From positions 1,623-61,294 of the forward strand of contig CAZASU010000004.1 in assembly GCA_964487785.1 (NCBI GenBank): a stretch of 59,672 nucleotides of DNA. Direction: 5' to 3'. The notes under the pieces are model-generated. The model was given only the letters and a program-made list of their open reading frames with translations, did not search any database and had not been told where the DNA came from. Shown piece by piece: positions 31,033 to 40,577 of the stretch (its first letter is position 1; each line of letters begins with the position of its first letter). A program made the translations under genes and the position numbers. Source of the stretch: an uncultured Gemmatimonadaceae bacterium (GTDB lineage: Bacteria > Gemmatimonadota > Gemmatimonadetes > Gemmatimonadales > GWC2-71-9).

Positions 31033-31498
31033 TTTACCACTAAGGGACGAAGAACACGAAGGGCCACTAAGGGTGGAAGAAATCACCAGCCATTAAGGAC
31101 TCGCCGGAGGCCTTCGCTCAAGGAATTGACGTTGAAGTTGATGAGAAGGCCCAGCCAAAGGTCCTGAAGTCGGAGATATGTTAAGAGTTGTGCGGTGTGA
31201 ACGGAAATCAGTTTGTCAACAGCTTTCACTTCTACGACGACGCTTTTCTCAACCCGCAGATCAAGCTTTACCTCACAGTTCAGACTTTCGCCCTTGTAGC
31301 TCACCGGCACACTGACCTGACGCTCCACAGAGATTCCCCGCAGCCAAAGCTCCTACAGAGTGCGACCTCGTACACTGACTCCAGCAGACCGGGTCCCATC
31401 AGACGGTGGACTTCGATGGCGGAGCCTATGATTGCGTGCGACAACACCAGTGCAGATGCCTTGGTGCCCTTCGTGCTCTTCGTTCCTTCGTGGTGAAA
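31033..31498. mobile_element. Cassette bounded by about 38-bp inverted 9-mer repeats enclosing a GxxExxY gene
   Basis: Left tttaccactaagggacgaagaacacgaagggccactaag (31033-31071) aligns with the reverse complement of 31460-31497, ttcaccacgaaggaacgaagagcacgaagggcaccaag. The interior is visibly more AT-rich than the flanks. Confidence 0.6.
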
Positions 31499-31501
31499 CA
31501 T
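31083..31501 (-). pseudogene. GxxExxY protein (PD-(D/E)XK nuclease-like), frameshifted
   Basis: [21 protein letters not shown] in one frame continues as [12 protein letters not shown]...DL.VE..VVVEVKAV...H.AQLLTYL...GLLINFN in another. One G is missing at TGT AG(G) GAG near 31352. Confidence 0.85.
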
Positions 31502-31582
31502 CAGCCAAATCTTCGAGAACGCGACAAGCCTCAACCAACCGCGCGGACGCAAGGCGAACCCAACTAACGCACCTCTGCCGCC

Positions 31583-32503
31583 TCAGCCGCGGGGGTGGAA
31601 TTGCTTGTGTACCGAGCGGAGGTATTCCCGGTCGACGTGGGTGTAGATCTGGGTGGTGGAGAGGTCCGCATGCCCGAGCATTTCCTGGACGGCGCGGAGA
31701 TCGGCTCCGCCCTCGAGCAGATGGGTGGCAAAGCTGTGCCTTAACGTGTGAGGCGTAACCCGCTTGGTAATTCCGGCGCGCTGGGTGGCACGGCGAACCA
31801 CTCCCCACGCTCCGACGCGGGAAAGCGGCTCACCTCGGGCATTGAGCAGGACCCTGTTCTTGCTCTTGCCCCGGTCGAGGACCGGCCGCATCTGGTGCAG
31901 GTACACCGAGGCGGCGCCGATCACGCTCCGGCCGATGGGCACCAGACGCTCTTTGCCACCTTTGCCGAAAATTCGCACCAGGTTTTCGGACAGGAGGAGA
32001 TCGGTCAGGGCGAGGCCGCACAGCTCGGAGACTCGGAGCCCGGCCCCGTAGGCCAGCTCCAGAAGCGCGCGGTCTCGCCATGCAAGCGGCTGCTCCAGGT
32101 TCGGCGCGGCGAGCAGCGCCTCGACCTCCTGGACGCTCAGCGTGTCGGGCAGCACCCGGCCACGGCGCGGGCTCTCCAGGCGGTCGCTGGGGTCCTCACT
32201 GACCCGACCCTCCCCAACCAGAAAGCCGAAGTAGGTCCGAATGGCCGAGACCCCGCGGCGAATAGAGGCCGCGCTCAGACCCAGGTCCTTCAGCAGGTAG
32301 ACGAAATCGCGCAGAAGGGGGCGGGTCAGACGATTGGGGTCGCGCACACCACGGGCGATCGCGAATTCCCCAAGCCGCCGGAGATCCCGCATATACGCCT
32401 CCACAGTGTTGGCGCTGTGCCCAGCCTCGAGGGCCAGAAAGTCGCGAAAGCCTTCGAGCCAGAAATCCCGATCGATCTGGGCCCGGAGCTCCCGAACGGT
32501 CAC
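31583..32503 (-). CDS. xerD: Site-specific tyrosine recombinase XerD
   Basis: GLRVSEL, GKGGKERLVP, TPHTLRHSFATHLL and QEMLGHADLSTTQIYTH motifs; C-terminal FHPR. Confidence 0.92.
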   Translation of the reverse strand: MTVRELRAQIDRDFWLEGFRDFLALEAGHSANTVEAYMRDLRRLGEFAIARGVRDPNRLTRPLLRDFVYLLKDLGLSAASIRRGVSAIRTYFGFLVGEGRVSEDPSDRLESPRRGRVLPDTLSVQEVEALLAAPNLEQPLAWRDRALLELAYGAGLRVSELCGLALTDLLLSENLVRIFGKGGKERLVPIGRSVIGAASVYLHQMRPVLDRGKSKNRVLLNARGEPLSRVGAWGVVRRATQRAGITKRVTPHTLRHSFATHLLEGGADLRAVQEMLGHADLSTTQIYTHVDREYLRSVHKQFHPRG

Positions 32504-33570
32504 GGGGGGCTCGGCGTCTGGAGCCGCCCGCGCACCTCGACCAGATCGTCCTTGTCGATGCCGAGCAGCTCTCTCGCAAGCAGCATGAGCCGCTCCTCGT
32601 GGAGGCCGATGGTGCCGTCACTGAATGCCACGTGCCACATCCGCTCGACCAAAGCCAGACGCTCCTTCTGCCCGAACCGCTGCCCCAGGCGGCGAGCGTA
32701 CTCCATGAACCGGGTCCGACGCTCGTGCTCGGCCTCGGGTGCAGGCGGACGCTCCGATGACGGCAATCCCCATCGATCGCGCAGATGGGATGCGATCAGC
32801 TCCCGGTCCCCCGGCGTCAGCGCTTGATCGGCGTAGGCCAGCTCCAGGACCAGTAGCGCCGCCGCCTCCCGAGCGGAGCCTTCCATGACGTCGGACCCAG
32901 CGAGAAACGACGGGCCGGAGGGGTCGAGGGCGTCCTCGGTGGCGTGCCATACCCGTTCCTGCTGCCGGCGGCGCCGGCGCAGCAGATACCAGACCAGCCC
33001 GGCGACAATGATGACCAGGGCGGCGATCCCGAGGGTACGATTCACGCCCATGATAATCCGGTTGATCCGCTCCCATTCCGAGCCAATCACCGTGCCGAGG
33101 ATGGTGATGCCTCCGTACCAGATGGCGGAAGCGAGCGCTATCGGCAGCAACGTCCGCAGTGGGCTCAGCCCCACCAGGCCGGCAAACGGTGGCACCACGG
33201 CCCGGAAGCCGGGAAGAAATCGGCTGAAGAAAATGCCGGCCACCCCGAAGCGAAGGTACTCCCGCTCGATCACGGCGAGCGATCGGGGGGCGAGCAGCCG
33301 GCGGCCGATCTTGGTTGCAAAGGCGCGCCGACCGTAGCGCCGGGAGACGAAGTAGACCGCGGCCGCTCCGGCCAGGTTTGCCACCCAGGTAACGGCAAAG
33401 ACACCCAGCGGGGTTGTCAGACCCCGGTTGGTCAGGAACGCACCCAACCCCACCGCAGCGTCGGAAGGAACCGGCGGGAGGACGTTCTCGACCGCGGCCA
33501 GCAGTGCGAGGACGCCGTAGACGGCGGCGGGCGGCAATTGCGACAGCCACGCCAGCAGCGATTCGATCAG
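32500..33570 (-). CDS. DedA/VTT domain fused to a C-terminal TerB-like domain (start uncertain)
   Basis: ENVLPPVPSD and SRFLPGFRAVVPPFAG (DedA), then LAYAD and MW.VAFSDG....HEE.L (TerB-like). Confidence 0.75.
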   Translation of the reverse strand: MIESLLAWLSQLPPAAVYGVLALLAAVENVLPPVPSDAAVGLGAFLTNRGLTTPLGVFAVTWVANLAGAAAVYFVSRRYGRRAFATKIGRRLLAPRSLAVIEREYLRFGVAGIFFSRFLPGFRAVVPPFAGLVGLSPLRTLLPIALASAIWYGGITILGTVIGSEWERINRIIMGVNRTLGIAALVIIVAGLVWYLLRRRRRQQERVWHATEDALDPSGPSFLAGSDVMEGSAREAAALLVLELAYADQALTPGDRELIASHLRDRWGLPSSERPPAPEAEHERRTRFMEYARRLGQRFGQKERLALVERMWHVAFSDGTIGLHEERLMLLARELLGIDKDDLVEVRGRLQTPSPP

Positions 33571-34043
33571 CGCGCCTCCAGGGTGGCGATCGCGATGACC
33601 GCGATGCCCTCGCCCCGGCCGATGAATCCCATTCCCTCGTTCGTTTTGGCTTTGAGACTTACGGAGCCCGGGCGGGCTCCCAGCCGTGCAGTCAGTGCGG
33701 CGGCCATGGTACCAAGGTGGGGGCCGAGCTTCGGCTGCTCGGTGATGATCGTCAGATCGGCTTGAGCCAGCGCGTAGCCACGCCCCCGTACCAGCTCGTG
33801 TGCGCTGCGCAACAGCTCCATCGAATCTGCGTCCTTCCACTGTGGATCGGTGTCCGGAAACAGCTGCCCGATGTCCCCGGCGGCGGCGGCCCCCAGGATG
33901 GCGTCAGTGAGCGCGTGAGCGACAGCATCGGCATCGGAATGTCCGGCGAGGCCGAGGGGGTGCGGTATGAGGACCCCACCAAGAATCAGCGGCCGGCCCT
34001 CCACGAACCGATGTGAGTCGTAGCCGATACCGACTCGAGTCAT
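33567..34043 (-). CDS. ispF: 2-C-methyl-D-erythritol 2,4-cyclodiphosphate synthase
   Basis: RVGIGYDSHR, GHSDAD...HA..DAILGA, GDIG..FPD and KAKTNEGMGF.GRGEG motifs. Confidence 0.96.
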   Translation of the reverse strand: MTRVGIGYDSHRFVEGRPLILGGVLIPHPLGLAGHSDADAVAHALTDAILGAAAAGDIGQLFPDTDPQWKDADSMELLRSAHELVRGRGYALAQADLTIITEQPKLGPHLGTMAAALTARLGARPGSVSLKAKTNEGMGFIGRGEGIAVIAIATLEAR

Positions 34044-35101
34044 GCGGCCACGGTGGCCGGGAGATCGATGATCGAGTAGTCCTGGCGGCGGCGCCGCACC
34101 TCGTAGCCGGCGTCGAGGATGGAGCGTTCCATCTCCTCGATGGTGGCCCGATGAGTAGTGCCCGCCGAGGAGACGACGTTCTCCTCCATCATCAGGCTGC
34201 CGAAGTCATTAGCCCCGAACCGGAGGGCGACCTGCCCCACCTTGAGTCCCATGGTCACCCACGACGACTGAAGGTTGGGGACGTTGTCACAGATGATCCG
34301 TCCCATCGCCAGGGTCCGCAGATACGCGACGGCGTCGGTCTTGGGCTGGGCGGCCATCTCGGTGCCTTCGGGCTGGAGCGGCCAGCAGATGAAGGCAGTG
34401 AATCCGCCGGTCCGGGCTTGCAACTCGCGGACCCGCAACAGATGCTCGATTCGATCGGCGTTGCTCTCGCCCAGGCCGTACATCATGGTGACCGAGGTCT
34501 TCATTCCCTGCCGGTGCGCCTCCTCCTGCACCCCGAGCCACTCCTCGGTCTGGGCCTTCTTTTTGGCGACCCGCTCTCGCACCGAGTCTACCAGGATCTC
34601 TCCCCCGCCTCCGGGAATGCTGTCCAGGCCGGCGGCCCGGAGCTCGCGCACCACCTCGGCTACCGGTAGTCCGAAACGCCCACTGAAGAACACCACCTCG
34701 GAAGGGGAAAAGCCGTGGATATGAATCGGGTGGTGCTGCTTGATATACCGCATCAACTCGAGATACCACTCGAACGGGATATAAGGGTTGTGCCCCCCCT
34801 GGAGCAGGATCTGCACCCCTCCGATGGCCTTGCACTCGTCGATCTTGGCGCCGATCTGCTCGAAGCTGAGCACGTATCCCTCGCGGTCTTTGGGCCGGCG
34901 GTAGAACGCGCAGAACTTGCAATCGGCGACGCAGACGTTGGTGTAGTTGATGTTCCGATCGATGATGTAGGTGACCACATTTTCCGGATGCTGCCGCCAC
35001 CGCTCGGCGTCAGCCAGGTGGCCCAGCTCCAGCAGACTCGCCCGCTCGTAGAGCTCGAGATAATCAGAGAATTCACTTGAGGTACGGTCGGTAACGCCCA
35101 T
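34040..35101 (-). CDS. mqnC: Cyclic dehypoxanthine futalosine synthase (radical SAM)
   Basis: IDRNINYTNVCVADCKFCAFYR, LLQGG, FTAFI.W, Q.SWVT.G and GANDFGS.MMEENVV motifs. Confidence 0.93.
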   Translation of the reverse strand: MGVTDRTSSEFSDYLELYERASLLELGHLADAERWRQHPENVVTYIIDRNINYTNVCVADCKFCAFYRRPKDREGYVLSFEQIGAKIDECKAIGGVQILLQGGHNPYIPFEWYLELMRYIKQHHPIHIHGFSPSEVVFFSGRFGLPVAEVVRELRAAGLDSIPGGGGEILVDSVRERVAKKKAQTEEWLGVQEEAHRQGMKTSVTMMYGLGESNADRIEHLLRVRELQARTGGFTAFICWPLQPEGTEMAAQPKTDAVAYLRTLAMGRIICDNVPNLQSSWVTMGLKVGQVALRFGANDFGSLMMEENVVSSAGTTHRATIEEMERSILDAGYEVRRRRQDYSIIDLPATVAA

Positions 35102-35113
35102 GAAACCAGTCCG

Positions 35114-35935
35114 TTAGGCCGCAGAGATGAACGAGAGCGAGCCGTCGGGTACTACCCCTTCCTGCGCCAGCCGACGGAAGAAATCGGTCAGCCCGGCCAG
35201 ATGCCGGTAGGACAAAGCATAGTCCAGGTCGCCGAGGTAGGCTCGGCAGACCGTCTCGGACACCCCTGTGTTCCGCGCCGCGGCCGCGGCGAGCAGGTCC
35301 AGATGTGCCAGACCCCAGGCGCGGGAGGTCAGCAGCTGCTGGTGCACCACTCGCACTCCGGCCGGCGGGGCCTCCCGCCGAGCCGCCCACACCGCAAACA
35401 CGAACGGCAGACCGGTCCAGGCTTTCCACTCGGCGCCCAGGTCCACTCTCACCGGGTAGGCAGCTTGCCCCGATAGATGGAGGGCCGCGTCGCCGATGAC
35501 GAGGACCGCCTCGTGCGGCAGGGCCGCCAGTGTCCCCAGGTCAGGTGCTTCGGCCCGCGCCGTTGCGAAGTGCGGGGTGATGCCCCAGCGGTGGCGGCAA
35601 AGAAGCTGGAGAAGCAGGACCGAGGTGCGGGACGATGCGGTGAGCAGCACAGTGCACCCGGACAGATCCGCTACCGGGCGCTTAGAAAAGAGAGCCACGC
35701 TGTGCACCGGGCCGTCGCAGGTGATCGCGAGGTCAGGCAGCAGGTGGTATGCCGCCGCGTTCCGGGCGTACTCCACCGCTGAGACCACGCTCACCTGCAG
35801 GGCACCAGCGGCGAGCAGATCGTTGAGCTCCGATGCTGTGCCGGAAATCAGCTCGGCCGGCATGCTCACCAGCCCCCGATCGATGGCACCGTAGATCGGG
35901 TAGCAGTTGATCCAGGGAATGCGTCCCAGTCTCAT
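35114..35935 (-). CDS. mqnA: Chorismate dehydratase (futalosine pathway)
   Basis: GRI.WINC.P, SRTSV.L, IGDAAL and DLG.EW..WTGLPFVFAVW motifs; lies between mqnE and mqnC. Confidence 0.9.
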   Translation of the reverse strand: MRLGRIPWINCYPIYGAIDRGLVSMPAELISGTASELNDLLAAGALQVSVVSAVEYARNAAAYHLLPDLAITCDGPVHSVALFSKRPVADLSGCTVLLTASSRTSVLLLQLLCRHRWGITPHFATARAEAPDLGTLAALPHEAVLVIGDAALHLSGQAAYPVRVDLGAEWKAWTGLPFVFAVWAARREAPPAGVRVVHQQLLTSRAWGLAHLDLLAAAAARNTGVSETVCRAYLGDLDYALSYRHLAGLTDFFRRLAQEGVVPDGSLSFISAA

Positions 35936-37149
35936 GCGGCGTGAACCACGGGCAAGGCACCGGCTCTCGTGGATGCCCGGGCCAGGCTCTCCGGGCCTGA
36001 GGGGGGTGGATCGTCGAAGCTCTCCCTCACCGCCCGGTACAGGCTATCCCGCTCGACCGGTACCTTCCCGGCCCCGCGGATGAGCTGAACCAGGTCCATG
36101 TACGGCAGGTGCATGTCGGTGTGAGCGCCCGCCTCATGGTAGATCCGCTCGTAGACCACCGTGCCTTCGACGTCGTCGCAGCCGAAGCTGAGCGCGATCT
36201 GTGACAGGAACGGGGTGACCATGGGCCAGTGGGTCTTGACGTGCGGAATGTTATCGAGGAACAGCCGCCCCACGGCGATGTTCTTCAGGTCCTCATACCC
36301 CGTGGTGGCGGTGCCCACGCGCCCCATCTCTTCCCCCAGCTCGTTGTGATCGGGATGGTAGGCGAGGGGGATATAGGTCAGGAAGCCACCGGTATCGTCC
36401 TGCAATGCCCGCAACATGCTGAGATGCTCGATCCGATCCTCCGCCGTCTCCACGTGGCCGTAGAGCATGGTACAGTTGGTGGGGATCCCGAGCTCGTGCG
36501 CCACCCGGTGTACCTGGAGCCACTCCTCGCCGGTGAGCTTGCGCTCTGCGATGGTAGCCCGCACCGCCGAGCTGAAAACCTCGGCCCCGCCGCCGGGCAG
36601 GCTGGTGAGGCCCGCCTCCTTCATGGCCATGAGCACTTCCCGCTCGGAGATCTTCTCGATCCGTGCGAGGTGGGCGATTTCAACCGCGGTAAGCGCTTTG
36701 ATGTGGACCTGCGGGTGCCTTTCCTTCAGCCCCCGGATCATGTCGGTGTAGTAACTCAGCCGAAGCTTCGGGTGCAGCCCCCCCACGATGTGGAATTCCC
36801 GAGTGGGCATCCCGGTAGCCTGTGCCGCCTCATGGAACACCTCGTCCAGCGACCGGGTATAGGCGCCCTCCTCCTTCGGCATCCGCGCGAAGGAGCAAAA
36901 AGTGCAGGTATTGCGGAGAATGCAGACGTTGGTGGGGTTGATGTGCTGGTTGGCCGAGAAGAAGACCCGGTCGCCATTCCGTGCCCGGTTGGCGGAGTCG
37001 GCTATCGTCCCCAGGCCAAGGAGATCGGACGTGGCGTAGAGCAGCAAGGCATCCTCGGCGTCGAGCCGCTCGCCTCGGCTTACCTTCTCGGCAACGGGAC
37101 GTAGCAGAGGATCACGGAGCCGTGCCAGGTCGATCCCGCCAGACATCAT
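35932..37149 (-). CDS. mqnE: Aminofutalosine synthase (radical SAM)
   Basis: N.HINPTNVC, HIVGGLHP, KALTAVEI, PGGGAE, TMLYGH.E and E.IYHEAGA motifs; SD AAGGAG. Confidence 0.9.
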   Translation of the reverse strand: MMSGGIDLARLRDPLLRPVAEKVSRGERLDAEDALLLYATSDLLGLGTIADSANRARNGDRVFFSANQHINPTNVCILRNTCTFCSFARMPKEEGAYTRSLDEVFHEAAQATGMPTREFHIVGGLHPKLRLSYYTDMIRGLKERHPQVHIKALTAVEIAHLARIEKISEREVLMAMKEAGLTSLPGGGAEVFSSAVRATIAERKLTGEEWLQVHRVAHELGIPTNCTMLYGHVETAEDRIEHLSMLRALQDDTGGFLTYIPLAYHPDHNELGEEMGRVGTATTGYEDLKNIAVGRLFLDNIPHVKTHWPMVTPFLSQIALSFGCDDVEGTVVYERIYHEAGAHTDMHLPYMDLVQLIRGAGKVPVERDSLYRAVRESFDDPPPSGPESLARASTRAGALPVVHAA

Positions 37150-37376
37150 ATCTCCTTGAAGTGCCGAAGGTAACGGACTTGAGAAATTTAAACCCGTACT
37201 GAATGCCCCACCACCCACCGCAGCGGGAGGGCAACGAACCCTTTCGGGCGCTGCACTACGCTCAGGTCGATTGGATCACACCCTACCCAGATCAGAGTCG
37301 GACGGCGGGGGGAAGTCGGCGCTTGAAGCCGGAGGGGGCTCGGTCCAGCTCCGCTGGCCGAGGGGGGTGGTCGGAG

Positions 37377-38618
37377 CTACGCCTCCCAGCGCCGCACGGC
37401 GAGCGTCACATTGTGGCCGCCGAAACCGAAGGAATTCGAGAGGGCCACGTCTACCTTGCGCTCGACCTTGCGGTTGGGAGCCGAGTCGAGGTCACACTTG
37501 GGATCGGGGTTGAACTGGTTGATCGTCGGCGGGATCACGCCGCAGGTTGCGGATAGAAGGCACGCCGCGAACTCAAGCGCCCCGGCTGCGCCGAGCAGGT
37601 GGCCGGTCATGGACTTGGTGGATCCGAACACGAGCTTTCGCGCCTGCTCGCCGAAGACCGCCTTGACCGCCTCGGTCTCCGCGATATCGCCCTGGGGTGT
37701 CGAGGTGCCGTGGGCGTTGATGTACCCCACGTCCCTGACATCGATCTTGCCGTCTCCGAGGCAGCTGCGCATGGCCTGCTGCGCCCCCTCGCCGTTCTCG
37801 GACGGTGAGGTGATGTGGTAGGCGTCGGAACTGGCTCCGTAGCCGAGCACCTCGCCCAGAATCTGGGCCCCCCGCCGCTCGGCGTGCTCCAGGCTTTCCA
37901 GCATCACGACAGCCCCCCCGTCGCCAAGGACGAAGCCGTCCCGGTCCCGGTCGAACGGCCGGCTTGCCGTTTCCGGCGAGTCATTCCGCGACGACAGCGC
38001 CTTCATGTTGGCGAAGGCGGCGACCGTGAGGCCGGTGATGGCTCCTTCCGCCCCGCCGGTGACCATTGCGTCGGCGGTGCCATGACGGATCATGTTGAAG
38101 GATTCACCAATGGCGTGAGCGGAGGACGCACAGGCGGACACGGTGGCGAAGTTCGGACCCTTGAGCCCGTAGCGGATGGACACGAGACCGGCGGCGATAT
38201 CGGGGATGAACATCGGCACGAAGAAGGGGGACACCCGGTCCGGCCCCTTGGTCAGGTAGAGGGAACAGTTTTCCTCGTAGGTCTGCATCCCTCCGATCCC
38301 GCTGCCAATGACGACACCGGTCCGCTCGGGCGAGGGGAACCGTCCCTCGAGGCCAGCCTGGACGACGGCCTGGTGGGCAGCGGCCAGTGCGAGCTGGGCA
38401 AAGAGGTCATAGCGCCGAGCCTCTTTGCGGTCGATGTATTGGAGCGGATCGAACCCCTTGACCTCGCAGGCGAACCGCACCCGCTGATTCGAGGCATCGA
38501 ACTTCGTGATCGGTGCCGCCCCTGACCGTCCGGCCAACAGCCCCTGCCAGGTCGATTCGACGTCGGTTCCGACTGGCGTCACCAGTCCGAGACCGGTGAC
38601 CACGACACGATGGATCAA
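37377..38618 (-). CDS. fabF: 3-oxoacyl-ACP synthase II
   Basis: VVVTGLG, SACASS, NAHGTST, KSMTGHLLGAAG and SNSFGFGGHN motifs. Confidence 0.97.
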   Translation of the reverse strand: MIHRVVVTGLGLVTPVGTDVESTWQGLLAGRSGAAPITKFDASNQRVRFACEVKGFDPLQYIDRKEARRYDLFAQLALAAAHQAVVQAGLEGRFPSPERTGVVIGSGIGGMQTYEENCSLYLTKGPDRVSPFFVPMFIPDIAAGLVSIRYGLKGPNFATVSACASSAHAIGESFNMIRHGTADAMVTGGAEGAITGLTVAAFANMKALSSRNDSPETASRPFDRDRDGFVLGDGGAVVMLESLEHAERRGAQILGEVLGYGASSDAYHITSPSENGEGAQQAMRSCLGDGKIDVRDVGYINAHGTSTPQGDIAETEAVKAVFGEQARKLVFGSTKSMTGHLLGAAGALEFAACLLSATCGVIPPTINQFNPDPKCDLDSAPNRKVERKVDVALSNSFGFGGHNVTLAVRRWEA

Positions 38619-38619
38619 C

Positions 38620-38859
38620 CTACTTCCCGATCTTTTCGTGGAGGTACGTCATGGCATCGCCGACGGTGCGGAGCTTTTCCGCCTCTTCGTCGGGGATATC
38701 GATGTCGAACTCCTTCTCGAACGCCATGACGAGCTCCACGGTATCGAGGCTGTCCGCGCCGAGATCCTCCATGAAGCTGGCATCGTTTGTCAGCTTCTCG
38801 CGCTCGACGCCGAGCTCTTCGACAATGATATCCTTAACCTTCTCTTCCACGTTGCTCAT
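38620..38859 (-). CDS. acpP: Acyl carrier protein
   Basis: [14 protein letters not shown] phosphopantetheine motif. Confidence 0.98.
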   Translation of the reverse strand: MSNVEEKVKDIIVEELGVEREKLTNDASFMEDLGADSLDTVELVMAFEKEFDIDIPDEEAEKLRTVGDAMTYLHEKIGK

Positions 38860-38891
38860 GTCGTTCCTCGATTGAAGATTGCGGGTCCGTC

Positions 38892-39632
38892 TCAGATCAC
38901 CATTCCACCGTCAACGACCAGCACCTGGCCGGTGATGTATCCCGCCAGGTCGGAAGCCAGAAACAGCACGGTCCCTGCGACGTCCTCGGGCCGGCCCAGC
39001 CGGCCCAGCGCGATCTCCTCTAATAATGTGGCGCGCGCTTCTGCGGGCAAGGCGTCAGTCATGTCGGTCTCGATGAACCCCGGCGCGATGCAGTTGGCCA
39101 GAATATTCCGGCTCGCATACTCCTTGGCGACTGACTTGGTAAGCCCGATGAGCCCGGCCTTGCTCGCTGCGTAATTTGCCTGCCCTTTGTTCCCAATCAA
39201 GCCCACGATGCTGGTGATGTTGATGATGCGCCCGGCCCGGCGTTTCATCATCCCCTTAATCGTGGCCCGCATGGTCAGGAAGGCACCCTTCAGGTTGGCG
39301 TCGAGCACCGTATCCCAATCGTCGTCGGTGAGCCGGAGCAGAATGTTGTCCCGGGTAAGGCCGGCGTTGTTGACCAGGATGTCGATCGGCCCCAGGGCCT
39401 TCTCGGCCGCGGCCACCGCGGCCTCGACCTGATCCGCGCTCGCCACATCGCAGGCCACCGCGGCGGCTCGCTCACCCAGGCCGGCGGCCACTGACCGGGC
39501 ACGCTCCAGATCTCGGCCGACCACCGCGACCTTGGCGCCCGCGCCGTAGAGCGACTGCGCAATGGCGAGCCCGATCCCGCGGGTGCTACCGGTGACAAAG
39601 GCGGTCTTGCCGGACAGATCAATAATCGTCAC
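38892..39632 (-). CDS. fabG: 3-oxoacyl-ACP reductase
   Basis: [24 protein letters not shown] and PGFIETDMT motifs. Confidence 0.96.
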   Translation of the reverse strand: MTIIDLSGKTAFVTGSTRGIGLAIAQSLYGAGAKVAVVGRDLERARSVAAGLGERAAAVACDVASADQVEAAVAAAEKALGPIDILVNNAGLTRDNILLRLTDDDWDTVLDANLKGAFLTMRATIKGMMKRRAGRIINITSIVGLIGNKGQANYAASKAGLIGLTKSVAKEYASRNILANCIAPGFIETDMTDALPAEARATLLEEIALGRLGRPEDVAGTVLFLASDLAGYITGQVLVVDGGMVI

Positions 39633-39653
39633 GAGGTCCGCCTCCGGCGGTTG

Positions 39654-40577
39654 TCACGCCAAAAACCTCTCCACCTCGTCCGCCGTTCCCAGCGTGATCG
39701 ACTTCGATCCCGGCACGATCCGTTTGAGCAGACCCGACAGCACGCCCCCTGGTCCCATCTCAACGAACGTGGCGCCTGGACAAAGCTGGGCCGCGGCTTG
39801 CATACACGCCACCCAGCGCACCGGCGCGGTGAGCTGATCGGCCAGGAGGCGCTTGGCGTCGACGCCAGTGCGCACCGCTTCGCCGCTCGCGTTTGCGATG
39901 ACGGGGAAACCGGGGTCGGCAAAGGTGGCGGCGGCGAGAGCCTCACGAAGTCCGTCGACGGCCGGGGCCATGAGCGGCGAGTGAAACGCCCCGCTCACGT
40001 TCAAGGGAATGACCCGCTTGGCGCCGCGAGCCTTGCAGCCCTCCCCTGCCCGCCCAACCCCAACGGGGTCACCTGAGATCACGGTTTGATCGGGGGAGTT
40101 GAGGTTGGCGGGTACCGCCAGGCCGTCGGGGCCGGAAGCTTCGTGGCACGCAGCTTCGACCTGGGCAGTCGCAAGGCCGAGCACCGCCGCCATGCTTCCG
40201 GGCCGCAGGCGCCCGGCCTCGAGCATGAGTTCGCCCCGGCGGCGCACCAGGCGAGCGGCATCCACATCGCTCAGCGTCCCGGCAGCGACGTGCGCGCTGT
40301 ACTCGCCCAGGCTGTGACCCGCCCCCGCTCCGGGCGAGCCGAGCCGGTTACGCACCACGGCGAGCACCGCGGTGGAATGGGCCAGGATGGCGGGCTGAGC
40401 GTTGTGCGTCAGGGTCAGCTCTTCCTCAGGACCTTCCCACATCAGGCGGGAGAGGGCGATGCCCAGGGCTTCGTCGATGGCGGCAAACGCATCCCTGGCC
40501 GCCGGAAATCGCTCGGCCAGGTCCTTGCCCATTCCGACCTTTTGTGCCCCCTGGCCGGGACACATCACCACGCTCAC
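39654..40577 (-). CDS. fabD: Malonyl-CoA-ACP transacylase
   Basis: PGQGAQ, AQPAI, GHSLGEYSA and VSGAFHSPLM motifs; GTGA overlap start. Confidence 0.95.
   Translation of the reverse strand: MSVVMCPGQGAQKVGMGKDLAERFPAARDAFAAIDEALGIALSRLMWEGPEEELTLTHNAQPAILAHSTAVLAVVRNRLGSPGAGAGHSLGEYSAHVAAGTLSDVDAARLVRRRGELMLEAGRLRPGSMAAVLGLATAQVEAACHEASGPDGLAVPANLNSPDQTVISGDPVGVGRAGEGCKARGAKRVIPLNVSGAFHSPLMAPAVDGLREALAAATFADPGFPVIANASGEAVRTGVDAKRLLADQLTAPVRWVACMQAAAQLCPGATFVEMGPGGVLSGLLKRIVPGSKSITLGTADEVERFLA

Noticed and set aside
31583-32503. Phage or island integrase
   Set aside because: Sequence and length fit housekeeping XerD, it is coupled to core genes, and no att repeats or phage genes were seen.
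37150-37376. Riboswitch or ncRNA between fabF and mqnE
   Set aside because: No recognisable aptamer consensus; only a weak REP-like fragment (cactacgctcagg) that I cannot support.
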